Positions 61,003-64,000 of a stretch of DNA of 64,000 nt are shown piece after piece. Where the stretch lies: IMG/VR virus record IMGVR_UViG_3300045988_161728; one strand, written 5' to 3'. Source of the DNA: a virus. Taxonomy: Duplodnaviria > Heunggongvirae > Uroviricota > Caudoviricetes. A program made the position numbers and the translations under genes. Position 1 is the first letter of the stretch. Every line of letters begins with the position of its first letter. A model generated the notes under the pieces. It did no database searches, was not told where the DNA came from, and worked only from the letters and a program-made list of their open reading frames with translations.

Positions 61003-62196
61003 GTGACCTGGGACGATCACAAGAAGAATTTTGCTCGCCTGGCGCGAGATGGTGGTTACACCATCGCACAATATGCCGCCGAGTTTAATCTCAACCCAAA
61101 CACCGCACGTCGTTATCTCCGTGCATTCAAAGAAGACACCGGAACAGCGGACAGCCGTAAGCCAAATAAGCCTGTCAGAAAACCACTAAAAAGCATGATC
61201 ATTGATCACGCTAATGATCAACGTGCAGGTGATCACATTGTGGCTGAAATGGCTGAAAAACAAAGAGTTAATGCTGTTGTCAGTGCCGCAGTCGAGAACG
61301 CGAAGCGCCAGAATAAGCGCATAAATGATCGTTCTGATGATCATGACGTGATCACCCGCGCCCACCGGACCTTACGTGATCGCCTGGAACGCGACACCCT
61401 GGATGATGATGGTGAACGCTTTGAATTCGAAGCTGGCGATTACCTGATAGATAACGTTGAAGCGCGGAAGGCCGCGCGCGCTATGTTGCGTCGGTCCGGG
61501 GCCGATGTTCTGGAAACCACTCTTCTGGAAAAGTCTCTTTCTCATCTCCTTATGCTGGAGAACGCCAGGGATACGTGTATTCGCCTGGTGCAGGAAATGC
61601 GCGATCAGCAAAAAGACGATGATGAAGGTACTCCGCCTGAATACCGTATCGCGAGCATGCTAAACAGCTGTTCCGCGCAGATAAGCAGCCTGATCAACAC
61701 CATTTACAGCATCCGGAATAACTATCGAAAAGAAAGCCGGGAGGCGGAAAAGCACGCTTTGTCTATGGGGCAAGCTGGCATTGTTAAGCTGGCATACGAA
61801 CGAAAGCGTGAAAATAACTGGTCAGTGCTGGAAGCGGCTGAATTCATCGAGGCGCATGGAGGAAAAGTGCCGCCCCTGATGCTGGAGCAAATCAAAGCCG
61901 ATCTGCGTGCTCCTAAGACCAATACCGATGATGAGGAAAACCAAACAGCATCTGGCGCTCCATCACTTGAAGATCTGGATAAAATCGCGCGAGAACGGGC
62001 CGCCAGCCGCCGCGCTGATGCGGCATTGTGGATTGAGCATCGTAGAGAAGAAATTGCCGATATCGTCGATACAGGTGGTTATGGTGATGTCGATGCGGAA
62101 GGCATATCAAACGAAGCATGGCTTGAACAGGATCTGGACGAAGACGAGGAGGAAGACGAAGAAGTTACCCGCAAACTGTACGGGGATGATGATTAA
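61003..62196 (+). CDS. pacA: Terminase small subunit PacA
   Basis: 397 aa; contains the pac hexamer clusters; acidic C-terminus; GTG start with AAGGAAG RBS. Confidence 0.85.
61195..61356. other. pac: pac packaging site
   Basis: Four TGATCA hexamers (61196..61236) and three TGATC(A/G) hexamers (61326..61355) flanking an about 90-bp core. Confidence 0.75.
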
Positions 62197-63680
62197 TGGC
62201 CAGAAGTTGCGTAACGGACCCACGTTGGCGCGAGCTTGTGGCGCTATATCGTTATGACTGGATTGCGGCCGCTGATGTGTTGTTTGGGAAGACACCAACC
62301 TGGCAGCAGGATGAGATCATTGAGTCCACGCAGCAGGACGGCAGTTGGACAAGTGTGACCTCCGGCCATGGTACTGGTAAATCGGATATGACGAGTATCA
62401 TTGCAATACTCTTCATCATGTTTTTCCCCGGCGCTCGCGTCATTCTGGTCGCTAACAAAAGACAGCAAGTCCTTGATGGTATTTTCAAATACATAAAGAG
62501 CAATTGGGCTACTGCTGTTAGCAGATTCCCGTGGTTGTCGAAGTATTTCATTCTTACAGAAACGTCTTTTTTTGAGGTGACTGGCAAGGGTGTTTGGACA
62601 ATATTGATAAAGTCCTGTCGCCCCGGAAATGAGGAGGCGTTGGCTGGTGAACACGCCGATCATCTCTTGTATATCATCGACGAAGCGTCGGGTGTGAGTG
62701 ATAAAGCATTCAGTGTGATAACAGGTGCGCTGACCGGTAAGGATAACCGTATTCTGCTTCTTTCCCAGCCTACGCGACCTTCAGGCTATTTCTACGATTC
62801 ACACCACAGACTAGCTATTCGCCCGGGAAATCCTGATGGATTGTTTACTGCGATAATACTGAATAGTGAAGAATCTCCGCTTGTAGATGCAAAATTTATA
62901 CGAGCAAAACTTGCGGAGTATGGCGGTCGTGATAACCCCATGTACATGATCAAAGTACGTGGTGAATTTCCCAAATCTCAAGATGGCTTTCTTCTTGGTC
63001 GTGATGAGGTTGAGCGGGCGACGCGGCGAAAGGTCAAGATTGCCAAAGGATGGGGCTGGGTTGCATGTGTTGACGTTGCTGGTGGCACAGGACGAGATAA
63101 GTCCGTTATTAATATCATGATGGTGTCCGGCCAGCGAAATAAACGCCGTGTAATCAACTATCGTATGCTGGAATACACAGACGTTACAGAAACGCAGTTA
63201 GCCGCCAAGATTTTCGCAGAATGTAACCCAGAACGGTTCCCGAACATAACCATAGCTATTGATGGCGATGGCTTGGGGAAATCGACGGCTGATCTAATGT
63301 ACGAACGCTATGGCATTACCGTCCAGCGTATCCGCTGGGGTAAAAAGATGCACAGCCGTGAAGATAAAAGCCTTTATTTCGATATGCGCGCTTTCGCGAA
63401 TATTCAGGCGGCAGAAGCTGTAAAATCAGGGCGTATGCGGCTTGATAAGGGGGCTGCGACTATAGAGGAAGCATCAAAGATACCGGTAGGGATAAATTCC
63501 GCAGGTCAATGGAAGGTGATGTCAAAGGAAGATATGAAGAAAAAACTCAACCTGCACTCACCGGACCATTGGGATACATATTGTTTCGCTATGTTGGCGA
63601 ACTATGTTCCCCAAGATGAAGTGCTTAGCGTCGAAGACGAAGCGCAGGTTGATGAAGCTCTGGCATGGCTTAATGAATAA
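62196..63680 (+). CDS. pacB: Terminase large subunit PacB
   Basis: 494 aa; ATGA overlap with pacA; Walker A-like SGHGTGKS and nuclease-domain acidic residues. Confidence 0.85.
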
Positions 63681-63705
63681 CAATTTGACCATGCCGGATG
63701 GAAAA

Positions 63706-64000
63706 CTATTGCGCGCTTTCGGGGTTGCTGTTTACTGGCTGCCCCTTCTTAGTTTTACGGCTGCGCGTAACTGATGCGGCTGATTTGACCTTTTTCTCTT
63801 CGCGAGTGATGGCAATTTGTTTTTTTACATTTTCAATATCTGCCAGGCGATATATTTTTGCCTGCGGCCAGCGGTCGCAGATGATCGGTTCTATAGAGTC
63901 ATAAAGGCTAAATTTTGCTTTCTCGAATTCACCGTTGATGATGATTCCATCACGGAGAGTTTCATCGCAGATAAACACACCACACAGCGGCACATGGTAA
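63706..64000 (-). CDS. c1: 3' portion of a repressor-like gene (c1 position), 5' end beyond window
   Basis: Open frame runs to the window edge, convergent with pacB; identity is positional only. Confidence 0.4.
   Translation of the reverse strand, partial: YHVPLCGVFICDETLRDGIIINGEFEKAKFSLYDSIEPIICDRWPQAKIYRLADIENVKKQIAITREEKKVKSAASVTRSRKTKKGQPVNSNPESAQ

Overview
This window reads as about 64 kb of a P1-like phage-plasmid (Punavirus-type) backbone; all calls are from reading the sequence and from memory of the P1 family, with no database search run. Left to right: a multi-cassette tail-fibre variable region (S fibre plus three further Sv-type C-terminal cassettes and one U' chaperone); a minus-strand baseplate/tail block ending in the Sit transglycosylase; an AT-rich island encoding three exported proteins; the ImmI module (c4 RNA, icd, ant); kilA-repL; virion genes including probable sheath and major capsid; parS-parB-parA; the repA replicon with incA/incC iterons and oriR; a small operon with a spanin-like pair and a PAAR protein; an RdgC homologue; the fused Dcm/Dam-like methyltransferase Dmt; tRNA-Asn, tRNA-Thr and tRNA-Ile(CAU) with an array of tRNA-like hairpin repeats; Plp lipoprotein; Ban helicase; a second tail/baseplate block; a long plus-strand block of mostly small genes (Ppp phosphatase, HAD phosphatase, Ea22-like paralogues); hot, humD with a LexA box, phd-doc, pdcB, lpa, pacA with the pac site, pacB and the 3' end of c1. 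At least nine C1-operator-like sites are scattered through it. The candidates I would look at first for something undescribed are the exported-protein island (12.5-14.0 kb), the PAAR/Gly-Ser-linker pair beside oriR, the paralogous Rossmann-like proteins around Ppp, the glycosyltransferase after ban, and the hairpin-repeat array by the tRNAs. Protein functions outside the well-known P1 modules are low-confidence positional or motif-based guesses.
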